This document shows, piece after piece, positions 12,364 through 24,910 of a stretch of DNA of 64,000 bases. The first letter of the stretch is position 1. The number at the start of each line of letters is the position of its first letter. Below the pieces are notes generated by a model. It made no database searches and was not told the origin of the DNA. It was given only the letters and a program-made list of their open reading frames with translations. The translations under genes and the position numbers were made by a program. Location: the NCBI GenBank assembly GCA_013239625.1, contig MU057357.1:248001-312000 (forward strand). Reading direction: 5' to 3'. The stretch comes from Lama guanicoe. Lineage: Eukaryota.

Positions 12364-14059
12364 CCAGAGATGGCTTCTTGATTTCCCTGCCATTCTGACT
12401 GCTACTGAGGCAGAAGCTCCTGCAAGGCCATCCAGCAGTCACGTCCTGGGAGGCATTCTAAAGCCTGCCCTCCAGTCCTCCTGACAATTTTGTCCACACG
12501 GTTCCTCAATTACACTTCTTCCTGCTTAACTTAGAACAATCTTGGTTTTCTGCAGCTGACACTGGTACACAAAATACCCTTCTGATTACGGTTTTGTGTC
12601 AAATTCTCACCACCGTCCACAGCTGAGAGGAATCCTAGTTCTTTGCCCTCCTTGGTAGAATCCTTCCTTTTTCTGAACTCCTTTTCTTGCTTTAGCATGA
12701 CATGTAACAAGGTATTTGTATGCTCTTCCATTCTTGGTTTTGGTAACTTTTAGTTTTTGTTTGGGGGGGGGGGGAAGGAAACTTACATAAGTCCTAAAAC
12801 GGAGACAATTTGTTACAAGAATATAGAGGCATCTCAAAGAAGACAAAGACAGGACCTGCAGTCAGTCTACACAGGGTAGAAACCAGACACACCCAACGTA
12901 ACATGCTCAATATGCGCTCCTGCTCCTGTAAGACGGCGCTACTGTCTAAGCCCATTATGCCTGCGCTTACTGACTCCACTTTTGCATTCATTCATTCATT
13001 TATTCTGCCATCATTTCCAATAGCATTTGCTGAGTCTGTGCTCTGGGCTGGGATGGGGATCACACGGACGTAGAAGGATCGCATGGTAGATAGCAGAGCT
13101 GGTTGATTCTTTTCTGGACACATGTTTATTCATATTTCACCACACACTTGAACTCAAACAGAACTGAATTTGGCCAATAAAATGTGAATAGAAATGACCT
13201 GGATCCTTTCTGGACAGCAACATTAACACTCGTATGTGGCTCACAACATCCTTTCACTCTGTCTCTGCAGTGGTAGGAGCCACGAGAGATGGTTGGTGCC
13301 TCTGTCCATTCTGAGTCTCTCGGTAACTACCATGAGCAGAGCCCCCTTGTGGACCTGTGATGGCCAATTAGCATAAGTGAGAACTGTATTTTAAAGCCTG
13401 TCCCAACTGATAGAACCTTTTCTGGAGGAGCTCACAAACTAGTAGGGAGACACTAGTGTGGAACCTCAGTCCAGAATGCACTGTACACGACCAAGTAAGC
13501 ATTCAGGGTTGGAAGAAAATAAGAAGTGATAATCTCCCCTCCAGGCTGCTTCCTCTTCCTGTTTCATTTTGATTTCTATGTTTGAATACTTTCAGTCTGG
13601 CAGTGTTAATCAAACCTCCTACAAATCTTACAGGAGTCTCAGTCTGCCTGCAAATGGACTAGTCTACAGTACTGGAATAATACAGCACCAAACATTTTTA
13701 AAATTTTGTTTATATGAGTATACAGCCTGAAACTGAACCCTAAAATTTTGACTAATCAAGAACATTTGATTCTCTTTTCAGAGAAAATATTTTTCTCCCA
13801 ATCTCATTATGTTCACTTTCTTGTTAAGCAATTTCAAAATAAGGAATTTCTATAGCTGGTAATAATATCAATACAACAAGAAAAAATATATTAACTGGAT
13901 ATTCTTGTTTTTACTTTTTATATGGTATACTAATAAAATGTAAAATATGTTAGTAGAGTGTATCTTAAACCTGTCTTTTTTAAGTTTTCATCTGTTTTTA
14001 TGCAAAAATTTATCTAACAGAAACTACAGATTTTTTTCACCTTCCTTCCTCTACCCCAT

Positions 14060-14190
14060 CATAATATAAAATCAATCCTTACTTCCTGTAATACTCATAA
14101 TAATGCCCTGCCCTTATTGGACTCTGAACTGCTTTCTGTAATTTTTTTTTAATAAGTGCTGAACTTTAACTAGAAGGCTCAGGATAAAAG
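14060..14190 (+). promoter_or_regulatory. TM4SF20: TM4SF20 proximal promoter (HNF4-type DR1, ETS, ONECUT-like, GATA/TATA-like motifs)
   Basis: TGGACTCTGAACT DR1 (14118-14130), ACTTCCTG (14081-14088), AAATCAAT (~14068) and GATAAAA (14183-14189) upstream of the ATG. Motif calls only. Confidence 0.5.
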
Positions 14191-14251
14191 GCAAGAGAGT
14201 GCCACACAAGCAGCCACCCTGACAGGGTTTCTCGTCGAATCAGGGGAGACC

Positions 14252-14434
14252 ATGACCTGCTGTGAAGGATGGACGGCGTGCAATGGATTCAGCCTGCTGG
14301 TTCTGCTTCTGTTGGGAGTAACTCTCAACGCAATACCTCTAATTGTCAACTTAGTTGATGAAGACCATAGTTTTCAAAACCCCATCTCTTGCTTTGAATG
14401 GTGGTTCCCAGGAATTATTGGAGCAGGTCTGATG
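14252..14434 (+). CDS. TM4SF20: TM4SF20 exon 1 (L6-family 4-TM protein). Full CDS join(14252..14434,19236..19301,20683..20834,22549..22843) = 696 nt, 231 aa
   Basis: MTCCEGWTACNGFSLLVLLLLGVTLNAIPLIV...WWFPGIIGAGLM; Kozak GACCATG; donor ATG|gtgagt; 183 nt. Confidence 0.97.
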
Positions 14435-17413
14435 GTGAGTAAAATTTATTCAACTGGATTTGGGCAAAGGCATCCTATTTCACTAAAGATGTTCTAAAAA
14501 CCACCTTTCAGCCTCGCAGTGAGCTACCTGTAGGCTTAGAATATAGTGAGAAGCAGTCCGGATGGTATTTATATTGGCATCAGTGAAGAACAACTATTTA
14601 AATAAACTGTGGTACAGGCTAGGGAGCTTGGGTGAAAAATAGTAACAGAAGAGCTGTTTGGGTTATTACCTACGATACTTCCGTATATGTAAGGCTGCTT
14701 TTCCACGCTTCATAGTTAGTGTTAAGGACCTTTCAAATGCATTCCCTCAGCTTTCCTTTGCCCATATTAGTCTCTAAGTACTCGCAGGGAACGCGGCAGG
14801 AGTGGCAAGTGCTCAGCAGGGATGGGAAGGGTCCATGCACGACGAATATCCTGGATGACCAGTGTGAGGCATAAAGACGGCATTGCCCGCACTGAGGGGA
14901 GGTTTGGGGCTCGAAACACTGGCTCTCTGAGCTCAGGGACTTTTTGACTCAGGTCTTACTTACAACGGAAACATCATAATGCTTGTTTCATGTTAAGTGA
15001 GATAATCACGAATAGGTCTATCTTTGTTGAAATCTGCAGCAGGGCAGTGTAACGCAGAGCTCCCCCACTTTCCTGATCACAGATCACCTGAGGCACCTGT
15101 AATAGACCTAGATTTCTGGGACTTCTCCTGGGAATTCTGATGCAGCAGCCGGGGTAGAGCCCACTGTGCAGAGTAACACATACTACTGTCAGGCCTGGCA
15201 GAGTATCTCAGGTCTGGTTCTGCCTCCCGTATATTACTGTTAGCAAGTCATTTATCCCATGATTTTTGTTTCTGTATCAGTAAAATAGGGATGTGGATAT
15301 AGAAGTTTGAAAATTCAGCATTCAAGAGGCTTGGTTTTGTTATACTACTTGGGTGCTACCTGAGGACAGTCTCATTAATGCCAGAGAAATGTGCCTTTGT
15401 TTGGATGTGTGTGTTTGTGTGTTTGAGTTGTGTGTGTTTGTGTTACTATGATGATCAGTTACGGCTTCTAGTCTGATTCCCCAGCTTTCATGAAAGCACT
15501 CTTGCATCACTAGATATAATACAGAGAGAGGACAGACAAGTGCCAACTACTGGGTTCACACTTAACACTATCTCATTTAAATCCTGGAATAATCTGTCTG
15601 AGTAGATACTAACATTTGTATTTTAACAGACTAGCAAACAGAAGGTTAAGAATGTTAACAAGGTTATATAGTAGGTGTGAAACCCAATTTCAGATGTACC
15701 TGACTTCAAAGTATTAGCATCGTAATCCTTATCACCGATCTCAGGCAGACAAAAGGGAAGGACAAAATCCATAACTTAACCCATAAACTTGAATGACCAG
15801 GAAACTGAAGCATAGAAAGATTATATGTGAAGCTGTTTCGGAATCTGGACTTTCTTGTTCCATGATTTATTTTATTACCCCCAATAAATATTAACAACAT
15901 ACTGGTATCGCACCAGACTCTCACTGTTACTCTATTGTGGAATGTCTTCAAAGCATCAAAGAACCCTTTGAAAAGTTCAATAGGCATTTTATAAATTGAG
16001 CCTCAAACTCCACACCAGGCTCAAAGCAAACAGGTGAGTGAGAGAAGGGCTCCGAATACAGGTGTATTTTCTTGTATTTCCCTGGCTGTATGTAGAGTGT
16101 GGAAGAATCTTTTTCAAAGGGAATTGTGTCCTTTACATCTTGAAAATAATAACTAGTTAAAAATATTGACCTCTCAATATACTTGTAAATAAACAGAAAG
16201 TTAATGAAGAAGAAATCACTGCCTTGATAAGCACTTTTGTCAGAGTTCTTGAAATTGTTCTAATCTGTAGCATTTTAAACTAGTATTGTTTCAAAAACAG
16301 AGGATTTTGCAGGAAGTAGTTAATAATAAAAGCTACAGGATTCATTACTGATTACTTCATAATATCTAATCATTTTATAGTTTAATGATTTACCCAAAAC
16401 AGAGGTGAAACTTTTCATCTTCTGAAACTATGACTAAGAGCAAAAATGTTATGTAATTATCTTCCTCTATTATCTGATAAATGGAAAATCGATACATTCT
16501 TTTTTCCAAGTACTGAAAAAAAGACTTGTAATGTTTCTTTTAAAAAAATACAAAGGCCATTTTATTTTATATGAGATTAATCATGCTTATTTATTGATTT
16601 CACTTATTACATAATGATAATTCATCAATTATTAAACCTTAACAGAGAACAAATTATTGAACATTAAACAAATTGAAAAATAATGTATAACAAGAATTTT
16701 CAAAATACAGTTTTTTATTTATGATGAGCCATGGCTTTATGAGTTACTCTCATGGTTAAGTACTTGGAGGAATTCCCCAAAGTTTGAATTCTATCAGAGT
16801 TGTAATGGTCTAAAGTCTTTTCTGTACTTCATTTATAAAATCATATACCTTACTTCCAAAACTGGATGAACGTATGGGTTTCTGTAAGGAAAAATAAACA
16901 ATGCTACTCTTTTTCTTTATTAAAAAAAAAAGATGTGACAAAAATAATTTCACTAAAGTCCTCTGCATTCAAACGTGCTTAGGAATTGACAGAGTATTCT
17001 CAATATAACTTTTTTTTTTCCCCAGGAGATTATCTGGAAGATTTATAATTGAGTCACACACACACTTACACATCTTAATGTCCATCCTATAAAAAGCCCC
17101 TCCAATTTCCAAAGCCCTGAATGGGCAAAATGGTTGAAATACAGTGAGTTATCAACTTACTCATAACGATGTAACACAGATGTGTTAACATGCCATGACG
17201 TCAGCTGGGTGGAGATTCATATATAATAAATCCTTGTTACTTTATAAAACCCCTTTGAAGGGAAAGCATCTCTTTCAGCATCTCTGAGATAAATTAAGCT
17301 TCAAGAAAGCAGTTTAATTTACATCAATAAGGAAAATGGAATGATTTAGCCATTCAAGTTGTACTTTAATGTTGCTCCAACTTTCTTTTAACAGATCAAT
17401 TCATTTTCTAAAT

Positions 17414-17608
17414 CAGGGGCAACAAGTTTTTGGGGTGAAGAGCCAGAGAGTGACTGGGTTAGGCTTTGCAAGCCAGTCTCTCTCACTAATCAACTCTACC
17501 GCTGGTGCACAAAAGTAGCCATAAATAATAAACAAGTGAATGGGCACGGCCGTGTTTTAATAAAACTTTATAAAAAAGAGGTGGTGGGCCATAGTTTGCC
17601 AGCTCTTG
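17414..17608. mobile_element. MER58-like hAT MITE in TM4SF20 intron 1
   Basis: caggggcaacaagttt...aataaaactttat...ggccatagtttgccagctcttg. Confidence 0.65.
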
Positions 17609-18079
17609 TTCTAAGCGATTTGTTCCTTAGGCTCGGAAGGCAGTTTAACTAACGTTACAACAAAGGAAGTTGAGCCCACGAGCACGGACACCTCTCTGGG
17701 GCACAGATTTCTTTTCCCTTTTCTTCTGGGCTCTCAGCGCTGCCCTGCAGTGGCCGGGCTGCCACACAGACACCCATCCTCTGAATTATTCGGGGGTTTG
17801 TGTTCAGGGCAATATGTAAGCAGAGCTTGATGAAAACACAAAGCGCTTTCTGTAAGTGACATGGAGTCAGCACATGGTCACATGGGGTGAAGTTTGCCTT
17901 GGAAGGCTGTTCAATCTTAGACCTGCTCTGAAAAAACAGAGGTAGACATGGTCTTGGAAAGAAAGGCTGGTCTGAGAGCAATTAGAAGCAGGACCAGGAG
18001 ATGAGCAGGCTTGATGGGGATGAGAAGGAACAAGCTCTAAGAAGGAACAGAGGAGACTTGTAAGAATTGGCCAGCGTGG

Positions 18080-18310
18080 TTGGAACAGTAGTTGAGTCTG
18101 GGCTCTGGAACCCAAATGCTCAGCTTTGAATTCCAATGCTTCCACTTTCTTAGACGAGTTACTCACGCTTTCTGTGCCTCAGTTTTCTGCCCCAGTCAAA
18201 TGGGGACAGTCAGCACCACCTCATAGGATTCGTATGAGGCTGCAAATGGACTAAAACACATACAGCGCCTGTAACAGTGCCTGGCGTGCTGTTAGAACTC
18301 AGCGAAATGT
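18080..18310 (+). mobile_element. MIR SINE
   Basis: MIR core 'gagttactcacgctttctgtgcctcagttttct...aaatgggga...acctcatagga'. Confidence 0.7.
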
Positions 18311-19235
18311 TAGGAAACAGGGCTGGAAGGAAAGCGAGAACCACCGAGGACAGCTGTGCTGAGGTGGCAAAAAGAAAAAAAAATTATGACTAAAATTTCT
18401 TAATTGGAAGGAAGTAATTTACATTCCACTCTTTAGTGATACGAATCTTCTTCCAGGAAGGATTTCTTATCAGAGCTGCTGACTAGCTGTTACTAAACAT
18501 TTTAACCTAAGTCCTCAGAACACGGCGCAATTTCTCACAGCTTTCCCCAGTCACATTGTCCTCTTGACACAGAATATGAGATTTCTCAACATCCACATGA
18601 AGTGAGCTCATTACATACCATGAACACAGGAGTAGAGAGGAGAATGTGGCACTAAAAATCATTCTCAAATCATAAGTTTGGGGAACTAGTGGTGACCCTG
18701 GGGGTGAGAGGAAAGTTCGGGAAGTGGGAAAAGGGTGGTGACAGAATTCTTAGTTCCCAATTGCCAGGCAAACAAAACTATCAGTTTCCTTTCTGGATGC
18801 TTGCCAGGTTAATTCGCACCATTTTGGGGAAATTGGGTAAGTGGTTGCAGATTACAGCAAAAAAAAAAAAAATAAATAAATGTGAATTTTAGATGATGCA
18901 ACTAATTCTTTCAGAAACATTCTTTCCAAAATAATTAATAAATAACTAATTCTATCTGAAATCCACGTTTCCTGAAAGATGACTCGGAGTAAAGTAAGAA
19001 TATAGATGGAAGATTTTGAAACTGCTATCCCGACATTCCCCATCCCGCCCCCTCATTAATCTTTATCATCGAAATGGGGATCACACGGGTCACAAGATCA
19101 AGGGCATTGCCAAATTTCCTTGTTCTCTTGAGCCTTGGTTTTCCACAGCTGCTGGTAAATAAAAGGTAGAGATCACCACTCTTTCACCTGATGAGAAATA
19201 ATACTATTCATCATTCCTGTTAATGTAATTTCCAG

Positions 19236-19301
19236 GTCATTCCAGCAACAACAATGTCCTTGGCAGCAAGAAAAAGAGCGTGTTGCAACAACAAAACCGG
19301 G
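19236..19301 (+). CDS. TM4SF20: TM4SF20 exon 2
   Basis: tccag|GTC...GGG|gtgagt; 66 nt; VIPATTMSLAARKRACCNNKTG. Confidence 0.96.
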
Positions 19302-20102
19302 GTGAGTACCGCGCGGCTAGGCTGGGAGCACAAGTGCATTACTGATGTCTCAGCATCTCCGGAATCACCCGGTGGCTCTGGGGGCAGGGCCAGTCCTAAA
19401 AACACACTATTGGAATGATTAGATGATAATACTGACAGTAAAAAGTGTATCTTGTTTTCCCCCCATAAAAATTTAGTTTTGGAGCCAGCTTTCAGACCTT
19501 TCCTCATCTTCAGTTTCAGTCTAAAGGTTTTCAAAGAAAGGAGATTTAAAAGTCACACTTGGAGCTGTAATCGATTTCATAACACTCAAATACTTGTTAC
19601 TTTTGTGGTGTGTATGGAATACTTAGGGAAAATGTATCCTCAGCTCTTTATGTATATGCAACATTGGTTCGCTAGGATCAGAATGTTAATTGTCCTTAAC
19701 TAGTTAAAGGAGATAAGTTATTTTTTTCCCCATTTAGTAGGTACCTACCATGTATAAAATTGTAACTAAGCTAAAAGTAAAGGAAATTAATGTTAACCTT
19801 CTGTCAGTATACTCGGAACATTTTCAAATACGCTACCTTAATTCTCTAGAAACCCTTAAGCTTTATGATCTGTTTCATTGACAGAGAAATTGATCACCAG
19901 AAAAAGCAAACAACTTGCCAGTGGAGCAGTTAGAAGGTGGATTTGTATCCAAATCCATCAGACTCCAAGGTTCCCGGTCTTTACACTATTTATGCCCAAA
20001 ACACTAAGTAATACTGAGGGCTCTCATAATTCCTTAAGGAAACAGGTAGATCAATAAACAAGCAGTCACAGTAAATATTCCTGGCTGTACTTGAGGTCTT
20101 AA

Positions 20103-20254
20103 AGCAATGGTTCTCCACCTGATGGGAACAATACAACCATCTGGGGAAGATCTTAAAACATACCAATGCCTGGTGACTCCCCTGAGATTCTGACTTAGTT
20201 TTTTTCAAAAGCCCCATAAGTGATTCTAATGTGCTCCCAGGGCTGAGAGCCACT
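20103..20254. mobile_element. MER5-like hAT MITE
   Basis: 'caatggttctcc...gattctaatgtgctcccagggctgagagccact'. Confidence 0.65.
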
Positions 20255-20682
20255 ACTTAAAGGGTACATATTTCTATTCATATTATGCATTTATATCAGT
20301 AAGGTAAAAATTTGCATTTTTAAAAAATTACCTTTTCCTGACATTTGATATTTATGGAAGACTATAGTTACTTTCTAGTTATTTACAGTCTGTCTTGGTT
20401 CCTGATACACTGTAGTGGTCAGCTGAAATGGACAAGGCTCAGGTAGAGCATAAAAGTTCAGTTTTCCAATGATCTTTCTGTGAGTCTAACTAAATGGCAG
20501 GGACCATGCTCTCTGCCTTCTCGTATGTCATACCTAATTAAAACTGTGATCTTAAGATCTAGGACTATAAGGCGGCTGGAGAAGGGCTGCAGTTGATTAT
20601 AGAGACTGCAAATGCTGCTGAAACTTGAAACAGACCAGGAACATGTCATAGCATGTGCAAATGTGCCTACTTTATTTTTCAG

Positions 20683-20834
20683 ATGTTCCTTTCATCACTT
20701 TTGAATGTAATCACTGTCATCGGTGCTGCGTATTGCCTGCTGGTGTCCGTCCAGGCTCTCTCGGAAGGCCCTCTCATCTGTAACTCTCAAGGCAACAGTA
20801 CTTCCACTTGTGAATTTTCATTTAACAATTTGAC
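20683..20834 (+). CDS. TM4SF20: TM4SF20 exon 3
   Basis: ttttcag|ATG...TTGAC|gtgagt; 152 nt; MFLSSLLNVITVIGAAYCLLVSVQALSEGPLICNSQGNSTSTCEFSFNNL. Confidence 0.96.
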
Positions 20835-22548
20835 GTGAGTAACTGTACATGGATGGTCTGACACACCTGCAGCCAGTTAGACTAGAATCGTGTGGTGCTG
20901 ACACAGTGCCGTGTTTTCCCTCATGGGACTGATTCTTAGGAATTTAGCATGTTAAACCCAACGGGCACCATCTCAAAGAAATGAATGAATCCCTACGTTC
21001 AGAAAGCTTTGGGTATGGTCTTGTCTAAAAGGAGTAGTTGATTAGTTGTATTATCTTAGTCTTTTAAAAAAATCTAGGCTGCGTATGTGCATGTATATAA
21101 AAACATTTCTGGAAATACATACCAGGAACTTAACTTTCATCCTTAGAGAAGGGTCCTGGAGGATACCCTCGGGGAGTGAAAGGAGCACTGGCTTTCTACA
21201 CTTCCGAACTTACTAAATTTGTAAGCCCTAAGCATGCATTACCTGTATAATTTGAAAAATTAAATAAAAACACAATGAATTAATAAAATCTAGAGGCTTA
21301 CCTATAAGCCCTACGAGAAATAAAGAAGCAGCCAATGGAATTATGCAAATATACTATAAATAGACTGTAGGCAAAGGAATGAATCAAAAGGTTGTCAGGT
21401 AGTAACAACGCTGAAGTTACATGGAAATGGCTCAGTCTTATAAGATGGCTCTGTGCCTGAATCTAGACACATTTTGCAAAACTGGAAGAACAGTCCAATT
21501 CATTGGTTATCTATATATTTTATTGTTCAAATAACTAGAACTCACTTCTGTAGTTACATGAAAAAAAATTTTTCCCTCCTTTTTCCTTATCTTGCTGCAT
21601 TAAAAAAAAGAAAAATCTCTCGAAATTTGCATACTACAGTTGCTGTGAATAAAAATCCAAAGAAATTCCTTTTACAAATAGAGGTGGAGTATAAAACTAG
21701 AGACTTCAATCACAGATGTGATAAACATTTAGTCCTTAGCAGGTGACAACTCACCAGGTACCAGACACCAGGCTAAACTCTGGAGGTAACAGCATCAAGG
21801 TATATCCCCACTCTGGCTGGGGAAACAGACAATTACAGAGAGCAAACAATTACAAAAGAGTGACCCTATGCTTGCTGCAAACTGCAAAAAACATGCTCAT
21901 ATTCCAATGTGCTGAAACACTGCTGTGTTTTCCCAGGCTGAACGTCAGTTTCTGTTATCCAGACACAGCAAACTCTCCAAGAACTCTTAGTCTTACTGTA
22001 GAAAACCAGAGAAATCATGCCGGAACAGATGTTTCAGGGCTAAATGTTTCTCACTCTCCATGCCTTGTTACGACATGCACAGATCACTTTAATCAGACAC
22101 ATGTAACGTGTCTGTGGTGGGTAAAAATTGTACATCTGATTTAAGAGTAGATGCAACACTGCAGTTCTACACTAAGGCTTGAGCTCCTTGAAAGGGGAAG
22201 CCCTTTTATTTTCATTTCTTTAGCCAGTAGAGAAGAGCGCCTGTCTACATAGGTTGGACCATGAAACTGTTACTATTCAACCATTGTTGACATGGAAAAT
22301 TTCATATAGCTCAGCCTAAGAGCAGATACTATGGAAATGCTTGTTGAACGATGGGACATGTAATGAAGAAACGTTTCATAGCTGATGGAGTGCAATGCTC
22401 AAGAGCCCCGATCTTGGCTGTAGCTTCTGGGCACAGTATTTCAAAAGCACTTTGTCTCACTGTACTTGGCCTTTAATGGGTGCAATGCTGCAGCTGGTCA
22501 GTGGTATTCCTGAATATCTTATTTTTATCATTTCTTTCATTTCTCCAG

Positions 22549-22843
22549 TGCCTATCGCCCAGAACCCTTCAATCTGCAGTGGTTCTTCAACGACTCTTGT
22601 GTTTCTCCTACGGATTTCAACACCCAAGCCGTCAGTGACCCAGGGGCCTGGGGCGGGGGAAGAAGATACACCTTGCACTTCAATTCTACAGAGAACAGAC
22701 ACAGGATCATCCATTTCTCAGTGTTTTTAGGTCTCCTGCTTGTGGGAATTCTTGAGCTCCTGTTTGGGCTCAGTCAGATCATCATCGGCTTCCTTGGCTG
22801 CCTGTGTGGTGGGGTCTCTAAGCGAAGAGGCCGAATTGTGTAG
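22549..22843 (+). CDS. TM4SF20: TM4SF20 exon 4 (terminal coding exon)
   Basis: ctccag|T GCC...; AYRPEPFNLQWFFNDSC...RIIHFSVFLGLLLVGILELLFGLSQIIIGFLGCLCGGVSKRRGRIV*; TAG 22841-22843; frame consistent with exon 3. Confidence 0.96.
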
Positions 22844-23270
22844 CTCACGAATGATAAAATGGAATTACTAGTTTGAACTATTTGAGAAGGACGTTTAAAA
22901 GACACTCTTCAGATGCTAGAAGCTCAATCATGGAACACTGCCTAGAAAGCTGGATGAGTTAAGCTTCATCCAGAAGGTTGTTTTTAAAGCCACCTTTGAG
23001 GTGATCTTAAAAAAAAAAAAATCAATTTTCACACATCAAGCAAGTTGGGAAATGCACATTTTCATATGGAAAGAAAAAAAATCATCACTGGTTGACTTTG
23101 GGGAGAAGTGGACAGAAGCTTTCAACTTGTGTCTGTCTGTGCTCCCGTATTCTTCGAATTTTCTAACTATTCTCATGTGTGGAGGGAGGACAAGTGGGAA
23201 CAGAAGCTGGAAGTCAAAGTATGGGGCCTTTCTATTTTATTTCTTTACACTTTAAAGGGATAAATATATA

Positions 23271-23507
23271 CAGCTGACCCTGGAACGACATGGATTTGAA
23301 CTGTGCGGATCCACTTATAAGGCAGATTTCTCCCAACAGCACATACTACAGTGCTACTCACTCTGCAACTGGTTGAATCTGGGGGTGCAGAGCCGCGGAC
23401 ACGGAGGGACCATGCATATGGAGGGCCAACCACAGGTTATGTGTGGATTTCTGACCACGTGGGAAGTTGGCACCTCTCCCACCCCTAAATTTTTCAAGTG
23501 TCAACAG
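23271..23507. mobile_element. MER8/Tigger2-type MITE in the likely TM4SF20 3'UTR
   Basis: TIRs cagctgaccctggaac... / ...ttcaagtgtcaacag, TA on the left flank, ~237 bp. Confidence 0.7.
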
Positions 23508-23519
23508 TCATCTGAATGT

Positions 23520-24008
23520 CATCAGGTTTTTAGACCTAATTCAGCATATAGGAAATCCGGGAAAAAAGGACATATTTAGGCAAATTCAAAAGGTGAGACA
23601 GTAAACACACAATAGCCCCCTGTTCTCAGCAAGTTTAAAATAAAAGGTTGGATGGGTTGAGGGAACTATTCTAGACTGAGATCAAAGAGACAGACATGAT
23701 TCAAATGGATTATGCAGACCTTGTTGGGGACAACTGGGAAAACCTGTGTAAGGACTGGTTTAGGTACTATTAAGGACTTATTAATTTTTATTGCTTGATA
23801 ATGGTTTTAGGATTATGCAGTAAAGTGTCCTTGTTTTTTCAGAAATGCATATTTATGTGTTTGGAGGGAAATGACATGTTTTTAAAATATTTCAGCCAAA
23901 AAAATAAAGCAATGGAAAAATGTTAATTGTTGTATTTAGGTGATAGGTATATGTCAATTCATATACTCTTCGGTTTTCCTATGTTTGCATTTTTCATAAT
24001 AATTAAAA
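23520..24008 (+). mobile_element. Old L1M 3' fragment; contains candidate TM4SF20 AATAAA signals (~23639, ~23903)
   Basis: L1MC/ME-like 3' end ('cagaccttgttggggacaactggg', 'ggtgataggtatatg...tttttcataataa'). Confidence 0.55.
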
Positions 24009-24299
24009 AACAATAAATACCTAGGAAAAAACTCAGTCCTTCAAAACCTGGCTTATATATATGCCAAGCTTTAAAAGACAGGATAACAGAATCTGTGTAT
24101 TTTCCATATTAAAATGTTATAAAACAGACAAAACTAAAAATGGCAATTTTCTGAATAGGATCATTCCTGCATTTTATTTCAATTATTTATGTTTACTGGG
24201 CTTAAGGGTCTAGAAATAATTTACAATGCCTGTATGAGAGATGGCCCCCTTCCCCAATTCATAATGTCAAGAATTTACAAGTTTTTTTTTTTCCCTGAA

Positions 24300-24910
24300 C
24301 CCATTTGCTGTGCGTACCTTCTCCTTATGCTACTATAAACACCAGTTTGTCCTTAAGGTCTGGCTTCAACATCTCCTACTTGAGAAAGCCTTCCCAGACT
24401 GCAGGATTCCAACAACCTAAGCACTTACCCAAACCACTGTTACCATACCTGTCACAATGTAACACGCTTTTGTTTGTAAGTCCATCACTGTAAGAGAATT
24501 TAAGAGAACAGGGACCATGTCCTTCTCATCCATTCTTTCACCAAGCTTCAGTTCCTCAACAAGGCCTCTCCTCCCCCAGCCCTACCCACCAACCATCTAA
24601 TCTCTAAGTCCTCTCCATCCTGCAGACCCCAGCACAAGCATCTCTTTTCCTGCGAGGCCTTCCCTGAGCACCTAGTGAAAAGCAGGGCTCCCTTTCCTCT
24701 TTCCTTTAGCGTTCTTTCATTTACAGGACTTATCACCATGGCAACATTTTAATTTGTGCCTCTTTCTTAAATTTCACTCTCCCTTGATAGAGCGTAAACT
24801 GCACGGGTGCAGGGGTTTCCTTGATTCACTCCTGGTATACGCAGTCCCAGGGACAGTGCCTGATAGCGACTAGGGCCATTATGAATGTTTTGCTACATGA
24901 ATGAATGAGT
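24300..24910 (-). mobile_element. L2 fragments
   Basis: 'gggacagtgcctgatagc...tgaatgaatgag' and 'agaacagggaccatgtcctt' resemble L2 3' ends. Confidence 0.55.

Larger units (their letters stand above)
11400..12570 (+). mobile_element. Old ERVL-type LTR (LTR33/LTR16-like) interrupted by SINE and L1 insertions
   Basis: 'actacatttcccag' near the start and an end '...cttcctgcttaacttag...ttttctgcagctgacactggtaca' typical of this LTR group. Confidence 0.5.
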
